Under the pieces are notes generated by a model. It saw only the letters and a list, made by a program, of their open reading frames with translations. It did not search any database and was not told where the DNA came from. Of a stretch of 34,266 nucleotides of DNA, positions 8,756-17,686 are shown piece after piece. The DNA comes from a virus. Lineage: Duplodnaviria; Caudoviricetes. The position numbers were made by a program, and so were the translations under genes. The stretch is taken from positions 1 through 34,266 of the IMG/VR virus record IMGVR_UViG_3300021957_003083; one strand, given 5' to 3'. Position 1 is the stretch's first letter. Each line of letters begins with the position of its first letter.

Positions 8756-11700
8756 ATGGCAGGTTATACAAGACAGAGTGTTGCCGATATTGTTTCTGGG
8801 CAGGTTATTAAAGCTGAACCAATTAACAATGAACTCAACCAATTACTAGCAGCTTTCGCAGCCTCTACAGGCCACAAGCATGATAATAGCACAGGGCAAG
8901 GTGGTTACGTACCTCTCATTGCGGATTCTGACGGTCTTAATAAGGTCGTTGTAGACACTGTTAATAACAGAGTTGGTTTCTTCTCTGAGGTTGGTGGCGT
9001 CACAACTGAACAAATCCGTATTCAGGATGGTGCCTTAGTCCCTGTAACAGACGATGACATTGATCTAGGCTCTTCAAGTGCTGAGTTTAAAGATCTGTAT
9101 ATTGACGGTGTAGGTTATATAGACACTCTGGCAGTACACGAGAATGCTACTGTTACTGGGAATCTTACTGTAAATGGTAATACTGTTCTTGGTAGTGATG
9201 CTGCTGATACAGTCACTGTAAATGCTGATGTTGCTTCAGATCTTATCCCTTCTGCAGATGCAACATATAATCTAGGTGCAGTAGGAAGTGAGTGGAACAA
9301 TGCTTACATCACTGGCACTGCTAATATTGATAGCCTTGTGGCTGATACAGCCGACATCAATGCGGGTACGATAGATAACACTGTTATTGGTAATACAACT
9401 GCTGCTTCTGGTGAGTTTACAACTCTTGGTTCAAGTGGCAACCTTACTGTTGGTGGTACTGCAGGGATTACAGGAAACACTACACTGGCAGGTACACTTA
9501 GTGTCACGGGTGTTGCAGGCTTTGGTGATACAGTAACCGTTCCAAACTTGTCTGCCACAGGTACAGCAACACTAGCTACGGTAGATATTAATGCAGGTAA
9601 TATTGATGGCACTGTTATCGGTGCTTCTACTGCTGCTTCTGGCAGCTTTACTACAGTTAGTACGTCAGGACAGGGTACTTTTGCTACAGTCGATGTCAAT
9701 GGCGGTACTGTTGATGGTGTTATTATTGGCGGCACTACGCCAGGTCTTATAACTGGTACAACCATCACAGGTACTAGTCTTGTAGGTCCAGTAACAGGTA
9801 CAGTCACAGGAAACGTTACAGGTGATGTTACTGGTGACCTAACTGGTAATGTTACGGGTAATGTTACTGGGGACATAACAGGGGACGTTACAGGTAATAT
9901 CACGGGTGATGTTACTGGGGATGTAACAGGTGACCTCACAGGTAATGTCGCAGGAAACGTTACGGGTAACGTAACAGGAGATGTAACTTCAGTAGGTACA
10001 TCAACATTTGCTGATGTAAACATGTCCGGTTCTGCAGGAATTGACATGGGTTCTGCAAAGATTACATCTCTTGCAGCTCCGAGTGCTGATGGTGATGCAG
10101 CCAACAAATTGTATGTTGACACCTCTGTTTCAAACTTAATTGACTCAGCTCCAGGTACACTAGATACCCTTAACGAGATTGCTGCAGCTATTGGTGATGA
10201 TCCAGATTTTAGCACAACAATCACAACAAGCATTGCAGGTAAGCTCCCACTAGCTGGTGGTACAATGACTGGTGACGTTGTACTAGGTGCTAACAAGGCT
10301 ACATCTACAGCTACACCTTCTACAGATGATACACTAACTCGTAAGGGTTATGTAGACACACAAGATGCACTTAAGCTGAACCTGACTGGTGGAACCATGT
10401 CTGGTGCTATTGCCATGGGAACATCAAAGATTACAGGACTAGGTGATCCTACTGCTGCACAAGATTCCAGCACTAAGGCTTACACTGACACCCAACGTGA
10501 TACAAGACTAGCCTTGTCTGGTGGTACAATGGCTGGTGCCATTGACATGGGTGCCAATAAGATCACCACGACTTACACACCGACTGATGCTGCTGACCTC
10601 ACAACTAAGACTTACGTTGACGGTATTTTGCAGTCAGCTACAGCTGCTGAAACCTCTGCTACCAATGCTGCAACTTCAGAGACTAATGCAGCAACATCTG
10701 AAACAAATGCAAGCAACTCAGCTTCTGCTGCTTTGACATCAGCTAACAATGCTGCCACATCCTATGACGATTTTGATGATAGATACCTTGGTGATAAGGC
10801 ATCAGACCCTACAGTAGACAATGATGGTGACGCTCTACTAACGGGTACATTATACTGGAATACAACAGATAATGCTCTGAGAATTTATACAGGAACTATT
10901 TGGTCTTCTGCAGCATTCACCCTTGGTGATGCCCTTACTCAGGTTGTTGAAGACACTACACCACAACTGGGTGGACCTCTGGATGGCAACTCTGAGTGTA
11001 TACACAACGTATCAAGTGTTTGTGCTACAAACCTGTATGGTACCCTAGCAGGTAACGTAACTGGTAATGTAACTGGTACTGTTTCATCCCTTTCTAACCA
11101 TGACACAGATGATCTAGCAGAAGGTACAAATCAGTACTATACAACAGCTAGAGTTGACAGTCACTTAGTGGGTGGTACAGGTGTAGCATACTCAAGTGGT
11201 AACATCTCTATTGGTCAGTCTGTAGGCACTTCAGACAATGTATGCTTCGGGTCTGTCTGTGTTAGTGCTAACCCAACTGCTGCTTGCCAACTCGCAACAA
11301 AAGAGTACGTAGACACAATTGCTGCTGCTGGTTTGCACTACCACTCTCCAGTTAGAGTAGAGACTACAGCATCTTTAAGTGCTACTTACGACAATGGATC
11401 TAGTGGTGTTGGAGCTACACTTACCAACAACGGTACACAAGCAGCTTTAGAAATAGACGATGTAACACTTTCAGTAAATGATCGTCTTATTATTTCTCAA
11501 CAAACTAACCAGTACGAGAATGGTATTTACGTAGTTACTAACACTGGCTCTGGAAGTACTAACTGGGTTATTACTCGTTCTTCAGATACTGATACTGCAG
11601 CCCCATCTGACCCTAATGCTTTTGGTCAAGGTGATGCATTCTTTATTAAAGAAGGTAGTACAAATGCAGGTCACCTAGATGTTCTAAGTACTCCAGGTAC

Positions 11701-12472
11701 AATTGTCTTTGGTACAACTGCCATTGTATTCTCAGAGGTTGCTGAAACATCTATCTACTCATCTGGCTCTGGCTTGACATTAGACGGTACAACCTTTAAT
11801 GTTGGCGCAGGAACAGGTGTTACAGTAAATGCCTCTAACATTGCTATTGGGCAGGCTGTAGGTACAGGTGACACAGTAAACTTTGCAAGAGTGTGTGCCC
11901 CAGTTACAGGTAACGTAACAGGTAATGCGGATACTGCAACGACTTGGGCTACAGGAAGATCTATCAGCCTTACTGGTGCAGTCACAGGTTCTGTCTCAGG
12001 TGTAAATGGTTCAGGTAACGTAAGCATTGCGACTACTGCAACGTCTGATCCTACCCTCTGTATCTGTGGAGATGCTACAGGTTCTGCTACTTTCACCAAC
12101 TTAGGTAATGCTAACCTTAGCCTTACTATCGCTGATGATAGCCACAACCACACAGTAGCTAATGTTGATGGACTGGCAACATGTTTGTCAGGTAAAGCTA
12201 CAACAACTTGTGCTGGAACTATTGTTACTTGCCTAGGGACTAAAGCATCAAGCAATGGATCTCTAGGAACTAACTTCTGTGCTAACATTTTTTGCTCAGA
12301 TACTTGTATGAAGTCACCCATAATGTGCGGTACGACATGTGTCGTAGCTCCAATTGTTTGTGCAACAACTGCAGTCTGCGCCACGGCATTCAAGGGTGAT
12401 GGTTCACAACTAACTAATATAGCTGGTTACTCCGTAGCCACAGCTATGGCATACGGAAACGCATTAAGCTAA
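8756..12472 (+). CDS. Long tail fibre protein
   Basis: 1238 aa, T/G/A/S-rich. Has TG[ND]V repeats, P-x-x-x-x-D/L-x-TKxYVD shaft repeats, APGTLDTLNEIAAAIGDDP, AATSETN heptads and a Cys-containing distal part. Confidence 0.88.
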   Translation: MAGYTRQSVADIVSGQVIKAEPINNELNQLLAAFAASTGHKHDNSTGQGGYVPLIADSDGLNKVVVDTVNNRVGFFSEVGGVTTEQIRIQDGALVPVTDDDIDLGSSSAEFKDLYIDGVGYIDTLAVHENATVTGNLTVNGNTVLGSDAADTVTVNADVASDLIPSADATYNLGAVGSEWNNAYITGTANIDSLVADTADINAGTIDNTVIGNTTAASGEFTTLGSSGNLTVGGTAGITGNTTLAGTLSVTGVAGFGDTVTVPNLSATGTATLATVDINAGNIDGTVIGASTAASGSFTTVSTSGQGTFATVDVNGGTVDGVIIGGTTPGLITGTTITGTSLVGPVTGTVTGNVTGDVTGDLTGNVTGNVTGDITGDVTGNITGDVTGDVTGDLTGNVAGNVTGNVTGDVTSVGTSTFADVNMSGSAGIDMGSAKITSLAAPSADGDAANKLYVDTSVSNLIDSAPGTLDTLNEIAAAIGDDPDFSTTITTSIAGKLPLAGGTMTGDVVLGANKATSTATPSTDDTLTRKGYVDTQDALKLNLTGGTMSGAIAMGTSKITGLGDPTAAQDSSTKAYTDTQRDTRLALSGGTMAGAIDMGANKITTTYTPTDAADLTTKTYVDGILQSATAAETSATNAATSETNAATSETNASNSASAALTSANNAATSYDDFDDRYLGDKASDPTVDNDGDALLTGTLYWNTTDNALRIYTGTIWSSAAFTLGDALTQVVEDTTPQLGGPLDGNSECIHNVSSVCATNLYGTLAGNVTGNVTGTVSSLSNHDTDDLAEGTNQYYTTARVDSHLVGGTGVAYSSGNISIGQSVGTSDNVCFGSVCVSANPTAACQLATKEYVDTIAAAGLHYHSPVRVETTASLSATYDNGSSGVGATLTNNGTQAALEIDDVTLSVNDRLIISQQTNQYENGIYVVTNTGSGSTNWVITRSSDTDTAAPSDPNAFGQGDAFFIKEGSTNAGHLDVLSTPGTIVFGTTAIVFSEVAETSIYSSGSGLTLDGTTFNVGAGTGVTVNASNIAIGQAVGTGDTVNFARVCAPVTGNVTGNADTATTWATGRSISLTGAVTGSVSGVNGSGNVSIATTATSDPTLCICGDATGSATFTNLGNANLSLTIADDSHNHTVANVDGLATCLSGKATTTCAGTIVTCLGTKASSNGSLGTNFCANIFCSDTCMKSPIMCGTTCVVAPIVCATTAVCATAFKGDGSQLTNIAGYSVATAMAYGNALS
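9794..9985 (+). repeat. 16 tandem degenerate 12 bp units encoding TG[N/D][V/I/L] tetrapeptides
   Basis: TGTV TGNV TGDV TGDL TGNV TGNV TGDI TGDV TGNI TGDV TGDV TGDL TGNV AGNV TGNV TGDV. Third codon positions vary between units. Confidence 0.9.
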
Positions 12473-12485
12473 AAAGGAAAAGAAA

Positions 12486-13943
12486 ATGGCAGATCAATTC
12501 TGTAGAATAGTAGATACTACATTAACTGACTCAACACTAGGAAGTGATGCTACTCAGGCTGTTATTACGACTGATTCAAGTACATCTTTTATTATCAGAG
12601 ATGTATATAAAACAGACAATTGCACTTCAAGTTCTTTCAATTACAAACTAGATCTTGAGCTAGACGGACATAAAGTTCATACAGATCTGAAGACTTCTGC
12701 TTCTGGTACTTTTATTGTACCGCCAAGCTCAACACTATGTGTCAAAGACACTACAGGTAATTATCCTCTAAAGTATAGTGACTCCACTGTTTCAAAAATG
12801 ACGTATTACGTCACAAATTGTGCCGATGATTTTTGGACTGGTCTGTGTATTAATAGATCCGATTGTTTTGCAAACATCTGCCGTTTTGATTCTTGTGCGG
12901 TAAATGGCATAGAAGAGGCTGGTGCAACACTTCCAGTTCTTTGTGGCGCAAGTCACGCATGTTCAAATACAGACAACAACAATATAGGTCAATATGGTTC
13001 TAAAAGAATTACCAATAATTGCTCTTACCTTGTCTCAACTTTTGAAAATTGTAACTGTACTGATCGTTACTTTAACGTATCAAAAGCTTATTGTAATTGC
13101 TGTATCTGCCATGTTGGTTTTAGTGTTTGTCAAATTCCTATGTTCCAAGATGATATTCTTATATTCATTTGCGGCAGTAACTGTCTTAGAGCTTGGGATA
13201 TGTCTTGTAACCAAGATGCTTGGAACTGTGGGATTCCCACTATGAACTGTTGTAGAAACGGTGCTTTCTGCGCATACTATTGTTGCGGAAGACATTTCCT
13301 CTCTACTGCACAGAAGGGTTGTTTTGCTTGCCGTATCTTTACCACTCCTGGATGCAATGGGGCGGATTGCAGAAATCTAACTACTTTTAACCTTTGTTCT
13401 GGAAATGTGTGTTGCATTGGTCGGATTTGCAGGGAAAATGAAAGCATTGTTGATGGTTCAAGAAACACTGTGAACGTTGGTGCTTACTGGTCAGAAAAAT
13501 GTCAAACTTGGATTGCAGTCTTCTATAAAGACGGTGGTTTCTGTAATCTTTCAGGTGCCGGTATCATAACAATGAGGCAATGTGATTGTTGTTATAGATG
13601 TATTTGTACCGTAGACTTTACCAACCCTTTCATCTACAATGGTGCTTGTATGTTTAATGATACTATCTACTTCAGAGACTCTTCTTGTTGCCTAACTTCT
13701 TTAGGAAATACTTATGCTTTATACTCTATGTTAACAGAGGACTATGCAACAGGGATTACAGATGAACCTACGGTAGCATTGTTTGACGAAACATTTTTTG
13801 AGGGTCTTGTACTTCCCTCATGCTACGGAGGGACAGACTACTGTATTAAATCAGCAGTGCCAGATGCAGCTACTATTACATCTCGTGGTTATTCCATAGC
13901 TCCTTCGTCTAAACTAACAGTTTATGGTATCAAATCTACATAA
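12486..13943 (+). CDS. Cysteine-rich tail-associated protein (putative receptor-binding or fibre tip)
   Basis: 485 aa with AAGGA SD, directly after the fibre. About 47 Cys by hand count (~10%). Confidence 0.6.
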   Translation: MADQFCRIVDTTLTDSTLGSDATQAVITTDSSTSFIIRDVYKTDNCTSSSFNYKLDLELDGHKVHTDLKTSASGTFIVPPSSTLCVKDTTGNYPLKYSDSTVSKMTYYVTNCADDFWTGLCINRSDCFANICRFDSCAVNGIEEAGATLPVLCGASHACSNTDNNNIGQYGSKRITNNCSYLVSTFENCNCTDRYFNVSKAYCNCCICHVGFSVCQIPMFQDDILIFICGSNCLRAWDMSCNQDAWNCGIPTMNCCRNGAFCAYYCCGRHFLSTAQKGCFACRIFTTPGCNGADCRNLTTFNLCSGNVCCIGRICRENESIVDGSRNTVNVGAYWSEKCQTWIAVFYKDGGFCNLSGAGIITMRQCDCCYRCICTVDFTNPFIYNGACMFNDTIYFRDSSCCLTSLGNTYALYSMLTEDYATGITDEPTVALFDETFFEGLVLPSCYGGTDYCIKSAVPDAATITSRGYSIAPSSKLTVYGIKST

Positions 13944-13958
13944 AAGGAAAATTATGAA

Positions 13959-14252
13959 ATGCCTTTAACTAATTATATCACACCCGCAGCAGACGCCTCA
14001 ACTGTTACTCCAATTGAGTACGTTAATATGTGTATAGGTAATTCAAGGACGTGTGCAGAATTAACAAGAAATTTTTGTGTTACAACTATTTTCGCAACCC
14101 CATACGCAGGTTCGACTACAACAGGTGGAGTATGTATTTTTGGAAATAATCTATGTCCGAATGTGTTCGAGATGAACATGGTGATTCCAAAAGGAAACTG
14201 TTTGGCAGGATCGTGTTCTGCAACCTTTTTCGGTTGTTTCTTTGGTGACTAA
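13959..14252 (+). CDS. Small Cys-rich tail-associated protein
   Basis: 97 aa with AAGGA SD and 8 Cys. Confidence 0.6.
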   Translation: MPLTNYITPAADASTVTPIEYVNMCIGNSRTCAELTRNFCVTTIFATPYAGSTTTGGVCIFGNNLCPNVFEMNMVIPKGNCLAGSCSATFFGCFFGD

Positions 14253-14269
14253 TGATCTAGACTAGGTTA

Positions 14270-14298
14270 TAGACAAATGGTCTAAACTAAGTTATACT
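14270..14298 (+). promoter_or_regulatory. Sigma70-like promoter heading the sugar-modification cassette
   Basis: TAGACA (14270-14275), 17 nt spacer, TATACT (14293-14298). Followed by hairpin CAAGGC-N7-GCCTTG (14306-14324). Confidence 0.6.
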
Positions 14299-14349
14299 GA
14301 TACACCAAGGCTGTAATGGCCTTGTAATGATAATAAGAAAGAAGATACA

Positions 14350-15276
14350 ATGAAAACCGTCTTTATGATTGATGGGGGTGCTGGTAGAGCTATTGCGGCA
14401 ATCCCCGCCTTTATCAAATACAACAAAACTAACAGTGACTTCAGGATTTTAGTCAGTGGGTGGGACACACTATACTGGGGTATTCCTGAACTACAAGACA
14501 AGGTGTTCAACCCAGACCAAAAGGGTGCATTTGAGCAGTTTCTTTTAGATGCTGACAGAGTTATCTCGCCTGAACCTTATCGTGTTCCTGGTTACTTTAA
14601 ACAAGAGAAGTCATTGGCAGAAGCCTTTGACTATCTGATTAACGAGACAGATGACCACTCAGACCTTGGTGTTCCAATTCTTAAGACAAATAGGAATGAA
14701 GAACTTCAAGCTGCTAACTTTATACAACAAGTAAAGCAACAACAGCAGAAGCAAAAGACCGTAGTAATCCAACCATTTGGACGATCTATGGAAAAGCCAA
14801 ATGAAAATGCTTTGCTTGATCAATCATCTCGTTCTATTAATCCTGACACGTATCTCAAACTTGTTAAAAAGCTCTCAACTAAGTACAACCTTGTACTATT
14901 TGCAGAGAAAAACTTTTGGATGGAACAAGATACTTACACTATGAAGCCAGAAGCTGACCTGCGTATGTGGTCTGCTTTTATTGACGCAGCCGACTACTTT
15001 ATTGGTTGTGATTCTGTCGGTCAGCACATGGCTAGGGCTTTGAATAAACCAGGTACAGTGGTACTTGGTTCAACATTTGCTATTAATACCACCTACCCTA
15101 ACTACTTTAATATTATCGAAAGGGACACTCCTAAAGTTTATTCACCTATTCGTATTTCTGGTCTTGAGGGTCACCTTGCTGATCGTATGAACGAAAGCAC
15201 TGTAGAGTTCACAGACGAAGAGATCAATAAAATGTACGAGTCTATCGTAAAAGACATTGAAAAGAAGGTGAAGTAA
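14350..15276 (+). CDS. GT9-like (heptosyltransferase-like) GT-B glycosyltransferase
   Basis: N-terminal DGGAGRAI, central IQPFG and C-terminal ADYFIGCDSVGQHMARALNKPGTVVLGST, which matches the GT9 donor-binding signature DS..H.A.A...P...L.G.T. Sits next to ADP-heptose genes. Confidence 0.7.
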   Translation: MKTVFMIDGGAGRAIAAIPAFIKYNKTNSDFRILVSGWDTLYWGIPELQDKVFNPDQKGAFEQFLLDADRVISPEPYRVPGYFKQEKSLAEAFDYLINETDDHSDLGVPILKTNRNEELQAANFIQQVKQQQQKQKTVVIQPFGRSMEKPNENALLDQSSRSINPDTYLKLVKKLSTKYNLVLFAEKNFWMEQDTYTMKPEADLRMWSAFIDAADYFIGCDSVGQHMARALNKPGTVVLGSTFAINTTYPNYFNIIERDTPKVYSPIRISGLEGHLADRMNESTVEFTDEEINKMYESIVKDIEKKVK

Positions 15277-15277
15277 T

Positions 15278-16993
15278 ATGAATATTCTAGGAATTAACCC
15301 TGGTCATAATGGTAGTGCTGCTCTCCTTGTTGATGGTAAGCTTGAGTTCTATGTTGAAGAGGAACGACTGTCCCGTAGTAAGTACGATGGTAACCCACTT
15401 ATGGGTATCCTTGAAGGCTTAAAATACGGTATTGATATTATTGTCCTTGGTGGGACAAGCACACAGCTGCCTCAGCTACCTTGGACAGGTGAAGACCCCT
15501 ACAGTGCTTTGGTTCGTAAACACAACCCTAACGTCAAGATCATAAACGCAGGACATGCTCACCACGTTGGACATGCTGCTGCAGCTTTTTATAACTCAGG
15601 TTTTGAAGATGCTGTAGCTGTTATCGTAGATGGTTCTGGAACACGCCACGAGATCCAATTGGATGAAAAGGGTAATAAGAACCCTGGTTTTGAGACTGAG
15701 ACCATCTTTGAATGTGGCTATGAGGATGGTATTAAATCTGTCTTTCAGTCCTTCGGTGGTAATGCCGACACGCAACGTGTAGTTGGGTCAGGTGTAGAAA
15801 TGGACTCAGCTATTACCCTTGTTAAAGCATATGAGGCTGTATCTGAGTACCTTGGTTTTGGGTTCATTGAAGCTGGTAAGACTATGGGTCTTGCACCATA
15901 CGGTAAAGACGATGACCTTATTCCTACCCTCTTCTATGAAGGACGAGGCAATAAGAACGTATTTATTCCTCAGTATCCTGCTGGTGCTCACATTGATCAC
16001 ACACGTCACCCATATTTAACACTTAATAAAGACCCACGAGCTTGGCACAATGATCCTTCTAAAGTTACAGAAGCTGCTAAAAATCTAGCATGGGCAGTCC
16101 AAGATGAAACCCAACGTCTTGTTGGTGACTTGATTGAAAAAGCTGTGGCAATGACGGGCAAGAAGAACATTGTCATTGCTGGTGGTTACGGTCTTAACTG
16201 TGTAGCCAACTACTACTACAAGAAACGTTTCCCTGACCTGAACATCTATGTAGATCCTATTTCACATGATGGCGGTACTGCTCTAGGATTGGCTCAACTG
16301 GTCCACTACACCGAGACTAAGGACAAGACTGTTCGTCCCCTTAGCACTTTATACCTTGGACCAGAACGTGAAGAGTCTTATGACTTTGGGGACATTGAGG
16401 CGACAGATGTAACACCAGAGGACATTGCTACTCTACTAGTTGATCGTAAGATTGTTACATTGTTCCAAGGTAGGTCAGAGGCTGGTCCTCGTGCTCTAGG
16501 TAACCGTTCTATCCTTTATGATCCCACTGACCCTAAAGGTAAGGATCATGTCAACGAAGTAAAAGGTAGGGAGTGGTTCCGTCCATTTGCTGGATCTATG
16601 TTGCAAGAGGACTTTGAGGAATGGTTCGAGACATACGGAATGGAAGAGTCACCATTCATGATGTATGCAATGGACTTCAAGTTGTCTAAGCATGGTGAAG
16701 TTCCTGCTATCACACACGTAGACGGTACTTGCCGTATCCAAACTGTGACAGAAGAACAGAACCCTGTGTACTACGGACTTATCAAAGCCTTCAAAGATAA
16801 GACGGGTGTACCTATCGTATTTAATACGAGCTTTAACCTAGCAGGTGAGCCTCTCGTAGAGACCTTTGAGGATGCCCTACGTACAATCAAGAACTCAGAC
16901 CTTGAGTACTTGTACTTACCGGAGGTAGGTAAGTTGATACACTACCCTTACAACGACTCAGTTGTAGAAGACTTGGGGGAGGCTGCTGCTTAA
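15278..16993 (+). CDS. O-carbamoyltransferase, NodU/CmcH/TobZ family
   Basis: EEERLSRSK, HHVGHA, DGSG, EAGKTMGLAPYG, GGYGLNCVAN, EAGPRALGNRSIL, KGREWFRPFA, HVDGTCRIQTV, NTSFNLAGEP. Confidence 0.95.
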   Translation: MNILGINPGHNGSAALLVDGKLEFYVEEERLSRSKYDGNPLMGILEGLKYGIDIIVLGGTSTQLPQLPWTGEDPYSALVRKHNPNVKIINAGHAHHVGHAAAAFYNSGFEDAVAVIVDGSGTRHEIQLDEKGNKNPGFETETIFECGYEDGIKSVFQSFGGNADTQRVVGSGVEMDSAITLVKAYEAVSEYLGFGFIEAGKTMGLAPYGKDDDLIPTLFYEGRGNKNVFIPQYPAGAHIDHTRHPYLTLNKDPRAWHNDPSKVTEAAKNLAWAVQDETQRLVGDLIEKAVAMTGKKNIVIAGGYGLNCVANYYYKKRFPDLNIYVDPISHDGGTALGLAQLVHYTETKDKTVRPLSTLYLGPEREESYDFGDIEATDVTPEDIATLLVDRKIVTLFQGRSEAGPRALGNRSILYDPTDPKGKDHVNEVKGREWFRPFAGSMLQEDFEEWFETYGMEESPFMMYAMDFKLSKHGEVPAITHVDGTCRIQTVTEEQNPVYYGLIKAFKDKTGVPIVFNTSFNLAGEPLVETFEDALRTIKNSDLEYLYLPEVGKLIHYPYNDSVVEDLGEAAA

Positions 16994-17637
16994 GGCAACC
17001 TCTCAACAAATCGGAGGAGGTTGTCGAAAACTTTCGTCTTCTTTCTTAGCTTCTCTTTAGAGAACTTCTTCAACTCTCCTTCCGTAGCCACTCCGTGACC
17101 AGTACGTACTAGGATCGGGGTGGCACCAATACGTTCCGCAGCTTTAAGATCGGACATCTTGTCACCTACGTAGAAGCCACCTTGTTTAAACCTAGCCTTG
17201 TCACCAAAGATTTCTTTCTCTGCTCTGTGGAACATACCAAGATTAGGTTTAGCAAAGATGTCATTCTTAAGTGAAGACTCAGAATAGAACAAACCATCAA
17301 TGGAGTAGATACCAGCATTGCCAAACACCTCAAACATACGTTGATGGATGGCTTCCACTTGCTCGTGTGTCTGCTCCTTTTTTATAATGCCACCTTGGTT
17401 AGTCAGGATAACTACCTTATAACCCTTTAGTCTTAGCTTACGGATAGCCTCCAGTGAACCTTCGATAGGCTCCCAATCGTCAGGGTCAGTAATGTAAGAA
17501 CCCCTGTCAATGTTGATAACACCGTCACGGTCTAAGCCGACTATAGACTTAGGAAATACCTTAGGCCAATCCGGTGGAAGTTCTTGTTGAGCCTGTTGAC
17601 TTGGTTCTTGATCAATAATATGTTTGAATCTGGACAT
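16990..17637 (-). CDS. gmhB: D-glycero-D-manno-heptose 1,7-bisphosphate phosphatase (HAD IIIA)
   Basis: LDRDGVIN, TNQGGI, KPNLGM, VGDKMSDLKAA, LVRTGHG motifs, with AAGGAG SD. Confidence 0.88.
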   Translation of the reverse strand: MSRFKHIIDQEPSQQAQQELPPDWPKVFPKSIVGLDRDGVINIDRGSYITDPDDWEPIEGSLEAIRKLRLKGYKVVILTNQGGIIKKEQTHEQVEAIHQRMFEVFGNAGIYSIDGLFYSESSLKNDIFAKPNLGMFHRAEKEIFGDKARFKQGGFYVGDKMSDLKAAERIGATPILVRTGHGVATEGELKKFSKEKLRKKTKVFDNLLRFVERLP

Positions 17638-17657
17638 CGGATCTCCTTTTAGACTGG

Positions 17658-17686
17658 ATACTACAAATGAAGAAAGTGTTTGTCAA
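17658..17686 (-). promoter_or_regulatory. Sigma70-like promoter for the inverted gmhB gene
   Basis: On the - strand: TTGACA (17686-17681), 17 nt spacer, TAGTAT (17663-17658). Overlaps the start of the divergent nucleotidyltransferase gene. Confidence 0.65.

Noticed and set aside
9304-10296. 330 aa minus-strand ORF with PVT repeats (also 11755-12393 and 9115-9300)
   Set aside because: Antisense shadow of the repetitive T/G/V-rich tail fibre. It has no SD and no independent motifs.
12486-13943. Cys richness as a sign of a wrong frame, recoding or diversity-generating retroelement target
   Set aside because: The ORF is long, has an SD and fits the gene spacing. No in-frame stops suggest recoding, and no reverse transcriptase or template/variable repeat pair is visible in the window.
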